A stretch of DNA of 64,000 nucleotides from Candidatus Poribacteria bacterium (GCA_965208325.1 OZ242326.1:4512001-4576000); one strand, 5' to 3'. Counted from the first letter of the stretch, positions 54,601-64,000 are shown. The notes: generated from the letters alone by a model not told the origin. Program-made: numbers and translations.

Positions 54601-56057
54601 GTTTCAAACTCAAAACTCAAGCGGGTGTATGTGCCGTATAGCCGAATATAATTCTGTAAGCCTTCAATCGCATTCTGAATCACGCCAATGCGGCGGTTGG
54701 CACCCGCCGCCGATTTCAGCGGCAACCGGCTGAGGATGGAACCGCCCAAACCTAGCATGAGATATTTAAGTCGAAGTTGACGTTGGAATTTCTCGAGGCT
54801 TGGATATTTCCACACAGGCACAGGAATCGGCTTCCCTTTGTCAAACATGGGGGATTGGACGAAGTAGTCGTGGGTTGCGGTTACGATACCGTGGAAGGAC
54901 AACGGGTTACGAGATCCAGTTGCGACATGATAGACCTCGATTCCGCGTTTGCAGTATGTCTGGAACGTTATTGCCAGGATAGCATTTACAACGAAGTCAA
55001 CTGGGATAATGTCGATGATGGCTTCCGGTTTTCCGGGAAAGTCCTGCAGCCGTCCTTTCGCAAACCCGATAATAATCGGGTCCGCCATACGGAAACCGTC
55101 AAGCCAACCGGGTTCCGGTTCCTCGAGGCTACTCTCGATTATTGAGGGGCGGACAATCGCGATGGGCAAATCGCCTTTTACAGTGGCAATCATTTGTTCG
55201 CCGAGTGATTTTGTGTAAGTGTACGTATCGTTCCATCCACGCGACTTTGCCCGATTCAAGCCCTCTTCCACCAAACGGGCTTCAATCCACCTATTCCGAA
55301 CCGTTTCGATCTGTGACTCGAGTTTCTGACTCGTCCTTTTCCCGCCCCCCAACTGGCGTTGGGCTTGTTTGCGGAATTGAACCGTCCGCGAGGAATGATG
55401 TGCTTCAGCGCGCACCTTCTCGCTCAAGTGCAAAATGTCCTCAATTTCCGCGTCGAGGTTGCTGGGCATGGTTTCACCGGTTTGTTCGCGATGTCCGTCT
55501 GCATAAGACTCATAGGGCTGATGGAGTGCTTCTGCAACTTTCCCGGGACGCATTCCACAGACGTAAGCCGTCGATACGTGAATTAGCACGGCGTCATTGC
55601 AACTCTTAGCGAACTCTACGGCATATTTTGCGCCGAGCGTGTTGCTTCGCAGGGAGGCATCAATGGCGGGATCGAATTTTACAAGGCCTCCGCTGTTGAT
55701 GAATACGCTCACTTCACTCGTCAGGCGTTCATAATCGCTATCCGATAGACCGAGCTGTTCTAACGAGAGGTCGCCGTCTACGGCGGAAACTTTTTCACGA
55801 ATCCATTCGTCAAAGCTTGAACCGTGAATACCCCTCAATTTGGAGAAGACGCTGGACGTGAATATTTCTTCCTGCAGGCGAGCTGCGGCTGAACAAACGT
55901 TGCCGTTGGGTTCTGCACGGGTGCGGATTAGCAGGTAAATCTTATGTATATCGGGAATGTCCGTAAGAATTTTTGCAACCAACGGTTTGCCGAGAAAACC
56001 TGTGGCGCCCGTGATCAGAATAACTTTACCGTGGAAAAATTCTGGAATTGTGTTCAT
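51660..56057 (-). CDS. elbD: Multifunctional fatty acyl reductase - AMP-binding - ACP - acyltransferase (ElbD-like ether-lipid enzyme)
   Basis: ITGATGFLG and YTYTK (FAR); GYGLTET and TGDLG (AMP-binding); DLGLDSL (ACP); NHTSHLD and YPEGTRS (LPLAT); 1465 aa. Confidence 0.85.
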   Translation of the reverse strand: MNTIPEFFHGKVILITGATGFLGKPLVAKILTDIPDIHKIYLLIRTRAEPNGNVCSAAARLQEEIFTSSVFSKLRGIHGSSFDEWIREKVSAVDGDLSLEQLGLSDSDYERLTSEVSVFINSGGLVKFDPAIDASLRSNTLGAKYAVEFAKSCNDAVLIHVSTAYVCGMRPGKVAEALHQPYESYADGHREQTGETMPSNLDAEIEDILHLSEKVRAEAHHSSRTVQFRKQAQRQLGGGKRTSQKLESQIETVRNRWIEARLVEEGLNRAKSRGWNDTYTYTKSLGEQMIATVKGDLPIAIVRPSIIESSLEEPEPGWLDGFRMADPIIIGFAKGRLQDFPGKPEAIIDIIPVDFVVNAILAITFQTYCKRGIEVYHVATGSRNPLSFHGIVTATHDYFVQSPMFDKGKPIPVPVWKYPSLEKFQRQLRLKYLMLGLGGSILSRLPLKSAAGANRRIGVIQNAIEGLQNYIRLYGTYTRLSFEFETGKTEALYRSLDPSDQRRFNFDVLRFDWRHYLQEVHIPGIKRHILKLESGKGQKPVPEQSEEGDSIRGDEAGGSSQLPYRTIPDLIAERVKSHPNKTALQMKSGDNWVRYSYSQLYDISRRIACSLWNRGYRSGDRLILFAENCPEWAIAYLGAIHIGITVVPVDRQTSEREIFALAKFTEAKAILTSDSLAVHLHRALIQSDDGTLTVDLLNIYRFCEPLEFGHTLESQSDSIEESDVSDPTNGFPKVDIQPDTIASIIFTAGTTVEAKGVMLSHKNFIANVHAVAQALPPRDTDQFLSILPLHHALEFTCCFLMSIYGGATVTYPNTLKPTVVLETMQATQTTVVIGVPRMFKLIYDTIMRYVLKSAAAEDAPPDRSAIEALHAALGGNMRVLVSGGAALSNEIYDAYQRFGLTIYQGYGLTETAPVLTVNPHHKSKRAAVGVPVQGTQIQIHHPNPDGIGEIVAQGPSLMAGYYRNPGATEHMMRSGTLHTGDLGYIDADGYLYITGRLKDVIVSSAGKNIYPVELEELYQHSPDIAEICVVGVNIGDSHGEEVHAVIVPNRRGKPNPAEVEAKIRQHLQNCARDLPSYQHLHKLHFWESELPKLPTFEIHRRRVKEMLLDRLSGVTQDDISTGESADDASDESTSSAQPDWISGGWEGAIAAELSRLSRMPLEKIRLEDHLDADLGLDSLARVELLLLLEAKIQHPIPDEMVMQIRTVGDVIQSVKSLQAQPAIHKVESSVTISARAEPPAYADIGLPHLSIKTRLLRLGMRIAYHGYFSIKTYGKSHIPDGQPCIFVANHTSHLDTGAVVTALGKSARGIKILAARDYFFNTRFKAWFFGKLFKFLPFERKDNFSQFLQDVRTSHEIMLENRCLLIYPEGTRSVTGELQPFKAGLGLLAYETGAPVVPTYIDGAYQALPKGKNLPRRKQIKVVFGEPMTLRASEDGAAINHEVYRAFVDEVREKIEQLRESARNV

Positions 56058-56384
56058 TTCGCCTTGGTATTTTCAAAAAAGATAGTCCATCGACCAACGT
56101 CACGGAAAGGTGAGATGCGCGGCAGCATAAACGAGTGACGTTCGGTGAGTTGCACACGTTAGCTTTAGTATAAAGGAAAGAGTGGGTTTGTGTCAATGCA
56201 AAACCCAATGCTCAGAGACGTGCTATGAAAATACGGAAAATCACAAGAAATGCGCAAGCGATTTGAGTCTCCACGGGTAGCATGAAACTTCTTACAATTC
56301 GCCGTTTCAAATTAAGGAAGAACCGTAATTTTTCCGGGGCGTTGCGGGATAGCGAAATGCGCACACTGCATCTGAAAATTATAT

Positions 56385-56418
56385 CATAGAATTGCGCGAT
56401 TAACCTATGCTATAATAA
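56385..56418 (+). promoter_or_regulatory. Putative extended -10 promoter of folB
   Basis: TGcTATAAT at 56408-56416; same architecture as 1153-1185. Confidence 0.5.
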
Positions 56419-56497
56419 CAACCTTAATCGCCTAGAGGTTGTGGAAATAGCGAATGTTCTCTTGGAGATTGGAAAACCTTCCGCAAGTTCAGGAAAA

Positions 56498-56866
56498 ATG
56501 GATAGACTTATCATCAAGGGTGTTCGATTTCACGGATATCACGGGGTATCGGAATCAGAACGCCAGGTTGGCCAGGAGTATGAAATTGACGCGGATTTGA
56601 CGTGTGATTTGTCCCTGGCGGGAGCGGCCGACGAGCTTGCACACACAATTGACTATGGAGAAGTCGTAAGTGTGATTGTTGAAATTGGCACGCGGCAATC
56701 ATTTCAACTCATTGAGGCGTTCGCCGAAACCGTTGCGTCAGCGATTTTGGATGAGTTTCCAGTCGAGGAAGTGCGGATAACCGTTAAAAAGCTGTCGCCG
56801 CCGATTGAACATCGACTCAATTATGCAGGCGTTAGGATTCGGCGCAAGAGGAACTCTCACGCGTGA
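56498..56866 (+). CDS. folB: Dihydroneopterin aldolase
   Basis: MDRLIIKG..FHGYHGV..ER..GQ....D, D.L..TIDY, LIEA.AE.VA, V.K..PPI. Confidence 0.95.
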   Translation: MDRLIIKGVRFHGYHGVSESERQVGQEYEIDADLTCDLSLAGAADELAHTIDYGEVVSVIVEIGTRQSFQLIEAFAETVASAILDEFPVEEVRITVKKLSPPIEHRLNYAGVRIRRKRNSHA

Positions 56867-56894
56867 AGGGGCGAAGGAGGTTTTTGTTACTCTA

Positions 56895-57182
56895 CCCCCT
56901 CTCGCTCCCCTTTGTTAAGGGGGAGAATATTTGTGGCGCCTTGTTACGGGGAGGACGTCTGTGGCGCCTTGTTAAAGGGGGAGAACGTCTGTGACGACTT
57001 GTTAAAGAGGGAGGATATTTGCGGCGCCTTGTTAAAGAGGCAGAAATTTGTGGTGACTTGTTAAAGAGGAAGACACTTGCGGCGACTGTTTAAGGGGTTG
57101 GATAATCGGGAAAGTTTGCCAAGAGGGAAAACGTCGGTGGTGACTTCTCAAAGGGACGGACATATGCGGCGACTTGGTAAAT
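56895..57182. repeat. Degenerate tandem repeat of about 28-30 bp (cttgttaaag.gggag.a..t.tg.ggcg.), about 9-10 copies decaying rightwards
   Basis: Starts from the hairpin ctcccctttgttaagggggag just after folB. Confidence 0.8.
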
Positions 57183-57400
57183 GCCGGGTGGAGGTATCAG
57201 GTTGGCAAAAGGAAGACATTTTGAGAGCGATCAACAAAAACCGACGTTTGTACTGGTCTCATTATCTTCCGAACAGGGACAGCGGACGATCAAGGCTTCC
57301 ATGAAAATCTGCTTGAAAATTCAATACCGATCAAGTATTATTTTGGCGTTCTAAAAACATTGACGCACGCCGAAAAGGATTTGTTAGGAGAAATTTAGAT

Positions 57401-59401
57401 ATGATAGTTTTTCTGCGGGAAAAATTTATTGCACAGATATTTATGTGGATTATTGCGATTGTTTTTGTGATTGGTTCTTTTTTACTGTATACCACGATGT
57501 CGGGCAATTCGAGTGCTGGTCCCGGTGATGATGACGTTGTGCTCAAGATTAATGGCGCGAAGGTGCGGCGCGGTGAATTTGAACGGCTCGTTAGTAACCT
57601 CCTGCAGAGACAACAACAGCAGGGACAAGCTGGTTTAACAACTGAGCGAGATGAGATTGAACAGCAGGTGATTGAACAGATAATTCAGGAGCAAATTTAC
57701 TTGAACAACACCCAGATTAGCGATGCTGAGATTGAGGCGAGTATTCGCGGGGACTATTCTCACCTGTTGGCTGCATACAACGCATCTAACCCGCAAGAGA
57801 GAAACTACTTCCGCCAAATCGTCCGTTTGCAGATGAGTTTTGAAGCCTTGCGCAGCCAGTTTGAGGGGCTTGACTTAATCACGGATACAGAGATTGAAAA
57901 TGAGTATCGTATCCAGAATGACAAGGCGAAGTTGAAATACATTCAATTCCAACACACGTCATATACCAGCGCTGTAAATGTTGAAGACGCCGACACCGCC
58001 GCGTATTTTGAAGAACACAAAGAAGATTATAAAATTGACGATCGGATTAATTTACGGGTTATCAAGCTTGATCCAAGGGATTTTGTGACAGACGAATCGG
58101 TACGGGCGTACTATGATGAACGTAAAGGTGAGTTTACAACGCCTGAAGCGGTTAAGGCGCGCCATATTCTCTTAAAATTTCCGGATAGCGCATCGGATGA
58201 ACAGAAGGCTGAAGTCAAAGCCAGAGCGGAAGAACTCCTTGAAAAAGTGAAGACTGAAATCGACGCAGGAGCGGATTTTGCCGACCTCGCTAAAGAGCAT
58301 TCGGAAGACGCCGGCTCGGCTCCATCAGGAGGTGCGTTGAGGGGACGCCACCCGAAACTACCGCCGGGAGATTATTTTGCCCGGGGCGATATGGTTGCCC
58401 CCTTTGAAAAGGCATGTTTTGAGGAATTACAGCCGGGTGAGGTGAGTAGCCTTGTTGAGTCACGTTTCGGGTATCACATTATCAAATTGGAAGAGAGAAA
58501 ACCGGAGGAGATTCAGACGTTCGATGCTGCGGAGCGCGAGATTCGGGATAAGTTAATCCAAATTGATGGTGTCGATGAAGCGAAGACTGTCGCAGAATAT
58601 CTGCTTTTCGACGTGGAATATCAAGATTTTGAAGCGGCCGCCAAAGGGGAAAGATATAGTGACTTATCAGTTTTGGTTCAAGACACGGGTTGGTTTTCTG
58701 AAGATGCTACCAACATCCCGCAAGTTGGATCGAAATGGACGTACCGCAGTTTCATTGACCAGGTGTTCAACATGGAAGTGGGAGTAAGCGATATCATTGA
58801 AGCGAAGAAGGGGAACGGGGACATCGAGGCTTATTTTGTGGCGAGGGTGCTTGAGAAAAAAATTGGAGGCATCCCCGCGCTTGAGGACACCTGGACAGCG
58901 AGTCCGAAGCGTACGGTTAAAGAGCAGGTAGTTGAGGATATAAAAAAAGAGAGAGCGAAACAGATGGCGCGCGAAGACGCGCGGAGACTGTTGAGTCTTC
59001 GGAGCGGCGGCGAATCGCTCGAAGATTTACTAAAAAAGTATGAGTCGCCTGAGGGAGTTACCAAGAAAGAACAGTCGGTAAAAGAGAGTAGATTGTTTGC
59101 CATATCTCCAACCAGCGATTTTGTTTCAGGGCTAGGTTCGTCGCGCGAGGTTATGTTTGCCGCTTTTAATATGAACATTGATGCCGTTAGCGGGCCTTTT
59201 GCGGGAAATGACAGCGAATACCTAATTCAACTTGTTGAGCGTCAGGAACCGGATATGGAAAAATTTGAAAACGACCCCGCCGAGAAAACCAAGATTCGGC
59301 GATCATTGCTACAGTCGAAGAAGAACCAGGTATTCAACAGCTGGTACAATACGCTGAAAAAACAGGCGCAGATAACGGATAACCGTTCTGAATCGAGTTA
59401 A
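57401..59401 (+). CDS. PpiD/SurA-like membrane-anchored parvulin PPIase chaperone
   Basis: N-terminal TM segment, SurA_N region, VKARHIL, FADLAKEHSED..SA..GG.L, MVAPFEKA.F, VS..VES.FGYHIIKL. Confidence 0.9.
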   Translation: MIVFLREKFIAQIFMWIIAIVFVIGSFLLYTTMSGNSSAGPGDDDVVLKINGAKVRRGEFERLVSNLLQRQQQQGQAGLTTERDEIEQQVIEQIIQEQIYLNNTQISDAEIEASIRGDYSHLLAAYNASNPQERNYFRQIVRLQMSFEALRSQFEGLDLITDTEIENEYRIQNDKAKLKYIQFQHTSYTSAVNVEDADTAAYFEEHKEDYKIDDRINLRVIKLDPRDFVTDESVRAYYDERKGEFTTPEAVKARHILLKFPDSASDEQKAEVKARAEELLEKVKTEIDAGADFADLAKEHSEDAGSAPSGGALRGRHPKLPPGDYFARGDMVAPFEKACFEELQPGEVSSLVESRFGYHIIKLEERKPEEIQTFDAAEREIRDKLIQIDGVDEAKTVAEYLLFDVEYQDFEAAAKGERYSDLSVLVQDTGWFSEDATNIPQVGSKWTYRSFIDQVFNMEVGVSDIIEAKKGNGDIEAYFVARVLEKKIGGIPALEDTWTASPKRTVKEQVVEDIKKERAKQMAREDARRLLSLRSGGESLEDLLKKYESPEGVTKKEQSVKESRLFAISPTSDFVSGLGSSREVMFAAFNMNIDAVSGPFAGNDSEYLIQLVERQEPDMEKFENDPAEKTKIRRSLLQSKKNQVFNSWYNTLKKQAQITDNRSESS

Positions 59402-59460
59402 TTATCTAGTCGATAAAGGTTGATGACTTTCTGTCAGTTTGGAAGACTGAATACTTTAAA

Positions 59461-60318
59461 ATGCCAGCCGCTACCACGAGCGATAATCTCTTCATGAGCC
59501 GCCCCTTTACAGCCCCCGGTGGTTTCACTGCGGGCATTGAGGGGCCCGCCTGCGACGACGAAGGCAACCTGTATGCTGTCAACTATGCCCATCAAGGTAC
59601 AATCGGGAAAGTCACTCCCGATGGCGAGTGCAGCGTATTCCTCGAATTACCGAACGGCAGCATCGGCAACGGCATTCGTTTTAATCGCGCCGGCTTCATG
59701 TTTATCGCTGATTATATCAACCACAATGTCCTCAAAGTCGACATGGACACGCGAGAAGTCAGCGTTCACGCGCATTCGCTGGCGCTGAACCAACCGAATG
59801 ACCTTGCCATCGGTGCGAACGACATTATCTACGCCAGCGATCCGAACTGGGCGGACTCCACAGGACGGATTTGGCGGATTGGTTCGAATGGTGCGGTTTC
59901 TTGCCTTGAATCCAGAATGGGAACTACCAATGGAATTGAGGTCAGTGCCGATGAGCGGAAGCTATACGTCAATGAAAGCGACCAACGCAACATTTGGGAA
60001 TATGACCTCTCTTCAGACGGCGAAATTAGGAATAAACGCCCCCTTATCCAGTTCGCTGATTATGGAATGGACGGCATGCGCTGCGATGTTCGGGGCAATC
60101 TGTATGTAACGCGCTGGGGGAAAGGCACGGTTGCGAAAATTTCTCCACGGGGCGAATTGCTTATGGAAATCGAACTCGCCGGGAAAAATTGCACGAATCT
60201 GGCTTTCGGCGGCGCCGACGGATGTTTGTGTTACGTCACTGTCGCGGATCGGGGGAACGTCGAGTATTTCCGCACTGACGTTCCGGGGAGGAGTTGGCTC
60301 CTCAAGAGAAGGGGTTAG
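59461..60318 (+). CDS. SMP-30/gluconolactonase family protein
   Basis: EGP, GNG, QPNDL, NGIEVS, DGMRCD..GNLYV, TNLAFGG. Confidence 0.92.
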   Translation: MPAATTSDNLFMSRPFTAPGGFTAGIEGPACDDEGNLYAVNYAHQGTIGKVTPDGECSVFLELPNGSIGNGIRFNRAGFMFIADYINHNVLKVDMDTREVSVHAHSLALNQPNDLAIGANDIIYASDPNWADSTGRIWRIGSNGAVSCLESRMGTTNGIEVSADERKLYVNESDQRNIWEYDLSSDGEIRNKRPLIQFADYGMDGMRCDVRGNLYVTRWGKGTVAKISPRGELLMEIELAGKNCTNLAFGGADGCLCYVTVADRGNVEYFRTDVPGRSWLLKRRG

Positions 60319-60347
60319 ACAGACGTCGTATTGGTTGACGCATAATA

Positions 60348-61577
60348 ATGCAAGCCATTCAATTCAGGAAAAGTGTGCCGCGCTATTTAATCGCGCGACT
60401 CTTGGGGAACCGTTGGAACTGGCTCTACACTTCATGGCTGTCGTGCGCTCGTTTGGTCGATATCGAAAGCCCCCATCTCCCGTCGCACGATTGGGTAAAA
60501 ATTAGAACGCGCCTGAGCGGTATTTGCGGCTCTGATCTCGCAACAATCACTGCCAAGGGGAGTCCATATTTTTCGCCGTTTACCTCGTGTCCGTTTGTGT
60601 TTGGCCACGAAGTTGCGGGAGAAATTGCGGAGATTGGACCGCAGGTTGAAGGGTATGATGTTGGCGACCGCGTCGTCATCGAACCGGTTTTGCCGTGCGA
60701 GATTAGGGGCATCGTACAAAAATGCCATCAATGCCAACGAGGTCATTATGCCGGTTGCGAAAATATTGCACGGGGTGAAATTTCTGCGGGCGTTCAAACC
60801 GGGTATTGCCGGGACACTGGCGGCGGGTGGAGTAAGTATTTTGTGGCTCACAAGAATCAGTTACATCGTGTGCCGGATGATGTCCCTGACGAAATCGCCG
60901 TGTTGATTGAACCGTTCGCATGTGCATTGCATGGGGTGCTGCAAGCTAACCTGAAAGACGCGGATGAAATTCTGATTCTGGGCGCGGGGACGATTGGACT
61001 GCTCACGCTCGCGGCGATTCGGAATCTCGGAAGGACGAACCGAATCTACGTGGTTGGGAAGCACCAGCATCAACAGAAACTCGCCCGTGAACTCGGCGCC
61101 GATGTGGTTTTTGCCCCTGGTAAAGCGATATACCGTGATTTTTGCCGATTGACTCAGGCAGAAAGTTTTCGACCGGAACTTGGCAAACCGGTTATTCTTG
61201 GCGGTGTAGATGTCACGTTCGACTGTGTGGCGTCCGCCGACACTATCGACGATGCACTCCGCATGACCCGTGCGGGCGGGCAAGTGATGCTAGTCGGTAT
61301 GCCCGCTATTCCAAAAAACATCGATTGGACGGCGCTCTGGCACAAGGCGCTGAATGTTCGGGGTGTGTATGCTTATGGCTTGGAAAGCTACGATGGCAAG
61401 CGGATTCGCACTTTTTCGTTAGGAATTCAACTTTTGCAACAGATGGGAAGCGAACTGTTACCGTTAGTCGGGGGGTTATTTTCTTTGGATAATTATCAGA
61501 AAGCCGTTCAAACCGCGCTGCACACCGGGAAATTCGGTTCCGTGAAAACCGTATTCGATCTGCGTTCATCGTACTGA
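60348..61577 (+). CDS. Zinc-binding alcohol dehydrogenase (MDR)
   Basis: GICGSDL, GHEVAG, structural-Zn Cys cluster C..CHQC..G....C, GAGTIG. Confidence 0.92.
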   Translation: MQAIQFRKSVPRYLIARLLGNRWNWLYTSWLSCARLVDIESPHLPSHDWVKIRTRLSGICGSDLATITAKGSPYFSPFTSCPFVFGHEVAGEIAEIGPQVEGYDVGDRVVIEPVLPCEIRGIVQKCHQCQRGHYAGCENIARGEISAGVQTGYCRDTGGGWSKYFVAHKNQLHRVPDDVPDEIAVLIEPFACALHGVLQANLKDADEILILGAGTIGLLTLAAIRNLGRTNRIYVVGKHQHQQKLARELGADVVFAPGKAIYRDFCRLTQAESFRPELGKPVILGGVDVTFDCVASADTIDDALRMTRAGGQVMLVGMPAIPKNIDWTALWHKALNVRGVYAYGLESYDGKRIRTFSLGIQLLQQMGSELLPLVGGLFSLDNYQKAVQTALHTGKFGSVKTVFDLRSSY

Positions 61578-61615
61578 GCAATTTCTAAGGAATTGGGGGC
61601 AAAAGGGAAAAATCT

Positions 61616-63214
61616 ATGGGAAACGACAGTGACAGAAGTGACCTTATCACACACGTAGAGGATCCCGAGCAAAAATATCTATTCCACTATGGGGATGGTT
61701 TCCTCTATGACCGCCTTCCGAAGGGGACTCGCGTAATCTATCCGCCGAAACCTCTCACGCCGATTGCTGATGACGCAACTGCAATTAAAAACGCTATTGA
61801 GAATCCCTTGGGTGCGTCGCCGCTGTCAGCCCAGCTTCGGGCCGGCATGAAGGTCACGATTGCGTTCGACGATCTTTCGCTGCCGCTGCCGCCGATGGAG
61901 ACGCCGGATGTGCGGCAACGCATCATTGAAATCGTCCTTGAGGAACTGGCTGGCGCCGGTATCGACGATATTCATCTGATAGCTGCACTGGGTCTTCACC
62001 GGCGAATGACGCCCGCTGAACTAAAGCGGTGCGTCGGCGCAAAGGTTTTTAATCAGTTCCATCCAGAGCGATTGTATAATCACGATGCTGAAGACAATGA
62101 TAACCTGTCTTACCTTGGAAAAACGGAGATTGGAGAAGAGGTCGAAATCAATCGCCGGATTGCGGAATCCGACCTCTTGATCTATGTAAATATCAACTTG
62201 GTTGCCATGGATGGCGGTTACAAATCGTTGCCGACCGGTATATGCAGTTATCGAAGCATTCGCCACCACCACAACACGCACACGTTGATGCATTCTCTGT
62301 CGTATATGCACCCTCCAAAATCTGCATTACACCACTCCTGCCAACGGATTTGGAAGGTGATAACGGAACATATCAATTTCTTTACGATTGAAACCACGCT
62401 TAACAGCGCTACCTTCCCGAAACTGTTCCCTTACTTAGAAAAGCGCGAGAAGAACTTCAATCTGTTCGATCGACTCAATTTCCATATTAATAAAACTAGC
62501 CTGGATATTATGCCGCGTGCTATGGCTCGCGCCGTGATGCAGAGCATGCGCGCGCCTTACGGGTTAACCGGGGTGCACGCGGGGCACACCGAACCGGTGC
62601 ATGAGAAGACGCTTGAAAATGTCTATAAACAGCAGTTGGTGCCTGTCAAAGGCCAGGCGGATATTTTGGTTACGGGCGTTCCATATATTGGCCCTTACAA
62701 CGTCGATTCAATCATGAATCCAATTCTGGTCATGTGCATGACGCTAGGATATGCCTTTAATTTTTACCACAACCTGCCTTTGGTACGCCAAGGGGGTGCG
62801 GCGATTTTCACTCACCCTGTCGATTACGATTTTCATAAAATCCATCACCCCTCATACATTGACTTTTTCGAAGAGGTGCTTACAGAGACAACTGAACCTG
62901 GCGAAATCGAAAAGAAGTACGAAGAGTCATTCGCCAATAACCCTAGGTACATTGACCTCTACCGAAATTCCTACGCCTATCACGGTGTACATCCCTTTTA
63001 CATGTGGTATTGGGGCTGTTATGCGCTAGGCTATTTGGGGAAGGTGATATTCGTCAAACCGAGGAGCGTTGAAGCGGTACGCCGTATGGGTTTTGACTAC
63101 GCGAAAAACCTCACGGAAGCGATCGAGATGGCACAGAGTTTCGTAGGGGGTTCAACGCCGGAAATTACCTACTATCACTACCCGCCAATTTTCATGTGCG
63201 ATGTATCAGCGTAG
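61616..63214 (+). CDS. Lactate racemase (LarA/DUF2088) domain protein
   Basis: AIENPLG..PL, TIAFDDLS.P, ALGLHRRMT..E, NHDA, GGYKS. Confidence 0.8.
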   Translation: MGNDSDRSDLITHVEDPEQKYLFHYGDGFLYDRLPKGTRVIYPPKPLTPIADDATAIKNAIENPLGASPLSAQLRAGMKVTIAFDDLSLPLPPMETPDVRQRIIEIVLEELAGAGIDDIHLIAALGLHRRMTPAELKRCVGAKVFNQFHPERLYNHDAEDNDNLSYLGKTEIGEEVEINRRIAESDLLIYVNINLVAMDGGYKSLPTGICSYRSIRHHHNTHTLMHSLSYMHPPKSALHHSCQRIWKVITEHINFFTIETTLNSATFPKLFPYLEKREKNFNLFDRLNFHINKTSLDIMPRAMARAVMQSMRAPYGLTGVHAGHTEPVHEKTLENVYKQQLVPVKGQADILVTGVPYIGPYNVDSIMNPILVMCMTLGYAFNFYHNLPLVRQGGAAIFTHPVDYDFHKIHHPSYIDFFEEVLTETTEPGEIEKKYEESFANNPRYIDLYRNSYAYHGVHPFYMWYWGCYALGYLGKVIFVKPRSVEAVRRMGFDYAKNLTEAIEMAQSFVGGSTPEITYYHYPPIFMCDVSA

Positions 63215-63230
63215 CGGAGAACACCCGGCT

Positions 63231-64000
63231 ATGGAGATTATAAAACCCGTCCAACAAGGAATGGCCGCTATAACTACGAGGAAAATATATCGCATTAGCA
63301 TTCAGATTTTCTTGGCGTGCGGGCTCTTTTCTTTACACGCGTTGACTTCGGCTGCGCAGTCGACGAGCCCTTCGGACGTTATTGAATCCGCGATACGCCA
63401 CCAAAACCTCGGACTTGCTTACCTGGAAGAGTCTCAACCGAGCAAAGCCATTTCGGAATTTGAGGCTTTAGTGGAGATAATTCCCCAAGAACCGATTGGT
63501 TACGGGAATCTTGCGGTTGCGTATCTTCGCCTGCAAAAAAGCGATGAAGCCGAAACGTGGGTGACACGCGGCCTCGAAGTTGCGCCGATGGACAGCCAGT
63601 TGCGTTTTATCCTCGCAGAGGTCTGTCAATGGCAGGGCAAGACGGAGGAGATGGTCGCGGAAATTCAGGAAGCTGTAAAACTCGCACCGGAAAACTTGGA
63701 GATGCGGTATAAGCTGGCGCGCCACTATTTGGGTCAACGGAACGACCCACAGGCGATTTTACAGGCGATTGACCACTTACGGATACTGCGGGAGGGCGCT
63801 CCAACAAATATCGTGGTGCTGCTTCAGTTGGCGCAAGCGCTTCTGCAGCAAGAGCAGATTGAAGAGGCGAAACGGATTTGTACGGAATTACATGCGCTGT
63901 TGTGGGATGTCGATGAAAAGTTCCTTAAGTTCCTAAAACAGGGATTGCTCCTGCTCGACCAAGGTGACATCAAGGGGGCATCTCGAAACGTTCGGATATT
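63231..64000 (+). CDS. Exported TPR protein, partial (runs off window end)
   Basis: Not in the track. Open frame from ATG 63231/63261: signal-like IFLACGLFSLHALTSAA, then HQNLGLAYLEE....KAISEF and GYGNLAVAYLRL TPRs. Confidence 0.8.
   Translation, partial: MEIIKPVQQGMAAITTRKIYRISIQIFLACGLFSLHALTSAAQSTSPSDVIESAIRHQNLGLAYLEESQPSKAISEFEALVEIIPQEPIGYGNLAVAYLRLQKSDEAETWVTRGLEVAPMDSQLRFILAEVCQWQGKTEEMVAEIQEAVKLAPENLEMRYKLARHYLGQRNDPQAILQAIDHLRILREGAPTNIVVLLQLAQALLQQEQIEEAKRICTELHALLWDVDEKFLKFLKQGLLLLDQGDIKGASRNVRI

Noticed and set aside
56895..57182. CRISPR array
   Set aside because: The period of about 29 bp leaves no room for spacers, and the units are degenerate tandem copies.

Overview
Bacterial window, about 50% GC by eye. 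The dense PhyH dioxygenase expansion, TPR/ankyrin/PD40 repeat proteins and a C-terminal 'VxPxxKxxxTWGxLK' tail suggest Candidatus Poribacteria or a similar symbiont (inference, not a database result). The left part (1-23.4 kb) has a divergent enolase fragment, an Ldh_2 oxidoreductase, six PhyH genes, an ECF transporter split by argC, a B12 radical SAM, an Omp85, an FGE-domain protein and an ankyrin-bearing acyltransferase. The centre (23.5-47.5 kb) is a co-oriented minus-strand defence island. There, a type IIG-like methyltransferase and a PLD-SNF2 helicase bracket an array of repeat-delimited genes: FRG-TPR, TIR-TPR-TRD, ABC-ATPase/HEPN, a TPR gene, a frameshifted FRG-TPR, a carbonic anhydrase and a RelE-type TA pair. 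Upstream lie an ABC ATPase, ParA, AlbA_2 and mazEF. The strongest novelty candidate is a TIR domain plus 16 TPRs fused to a close paralog of the neighbouring RM enzyme's target-recognition domain, translationally coupled to an ATPase-HEPN gene. This may be an 'integrated decoy' or guard system, and it belongs to a family of swappable-effector TPR proteins sharing one C-terminal cap. The right part (47.6-64 kb) has an ElbD-like ether-lipid megaenzyme with a degenerate adenylation domain, a HAD phosphatase, folB, a PpiD-like chaperone, SMP-30, a Zn-ADH, a LarA-like protein and a partial TPR gene. Intergenic DNA is rich in REP/MITE-like repeats. I saw no rRNA, tRNA, CRISPR array, integrase or transposase.
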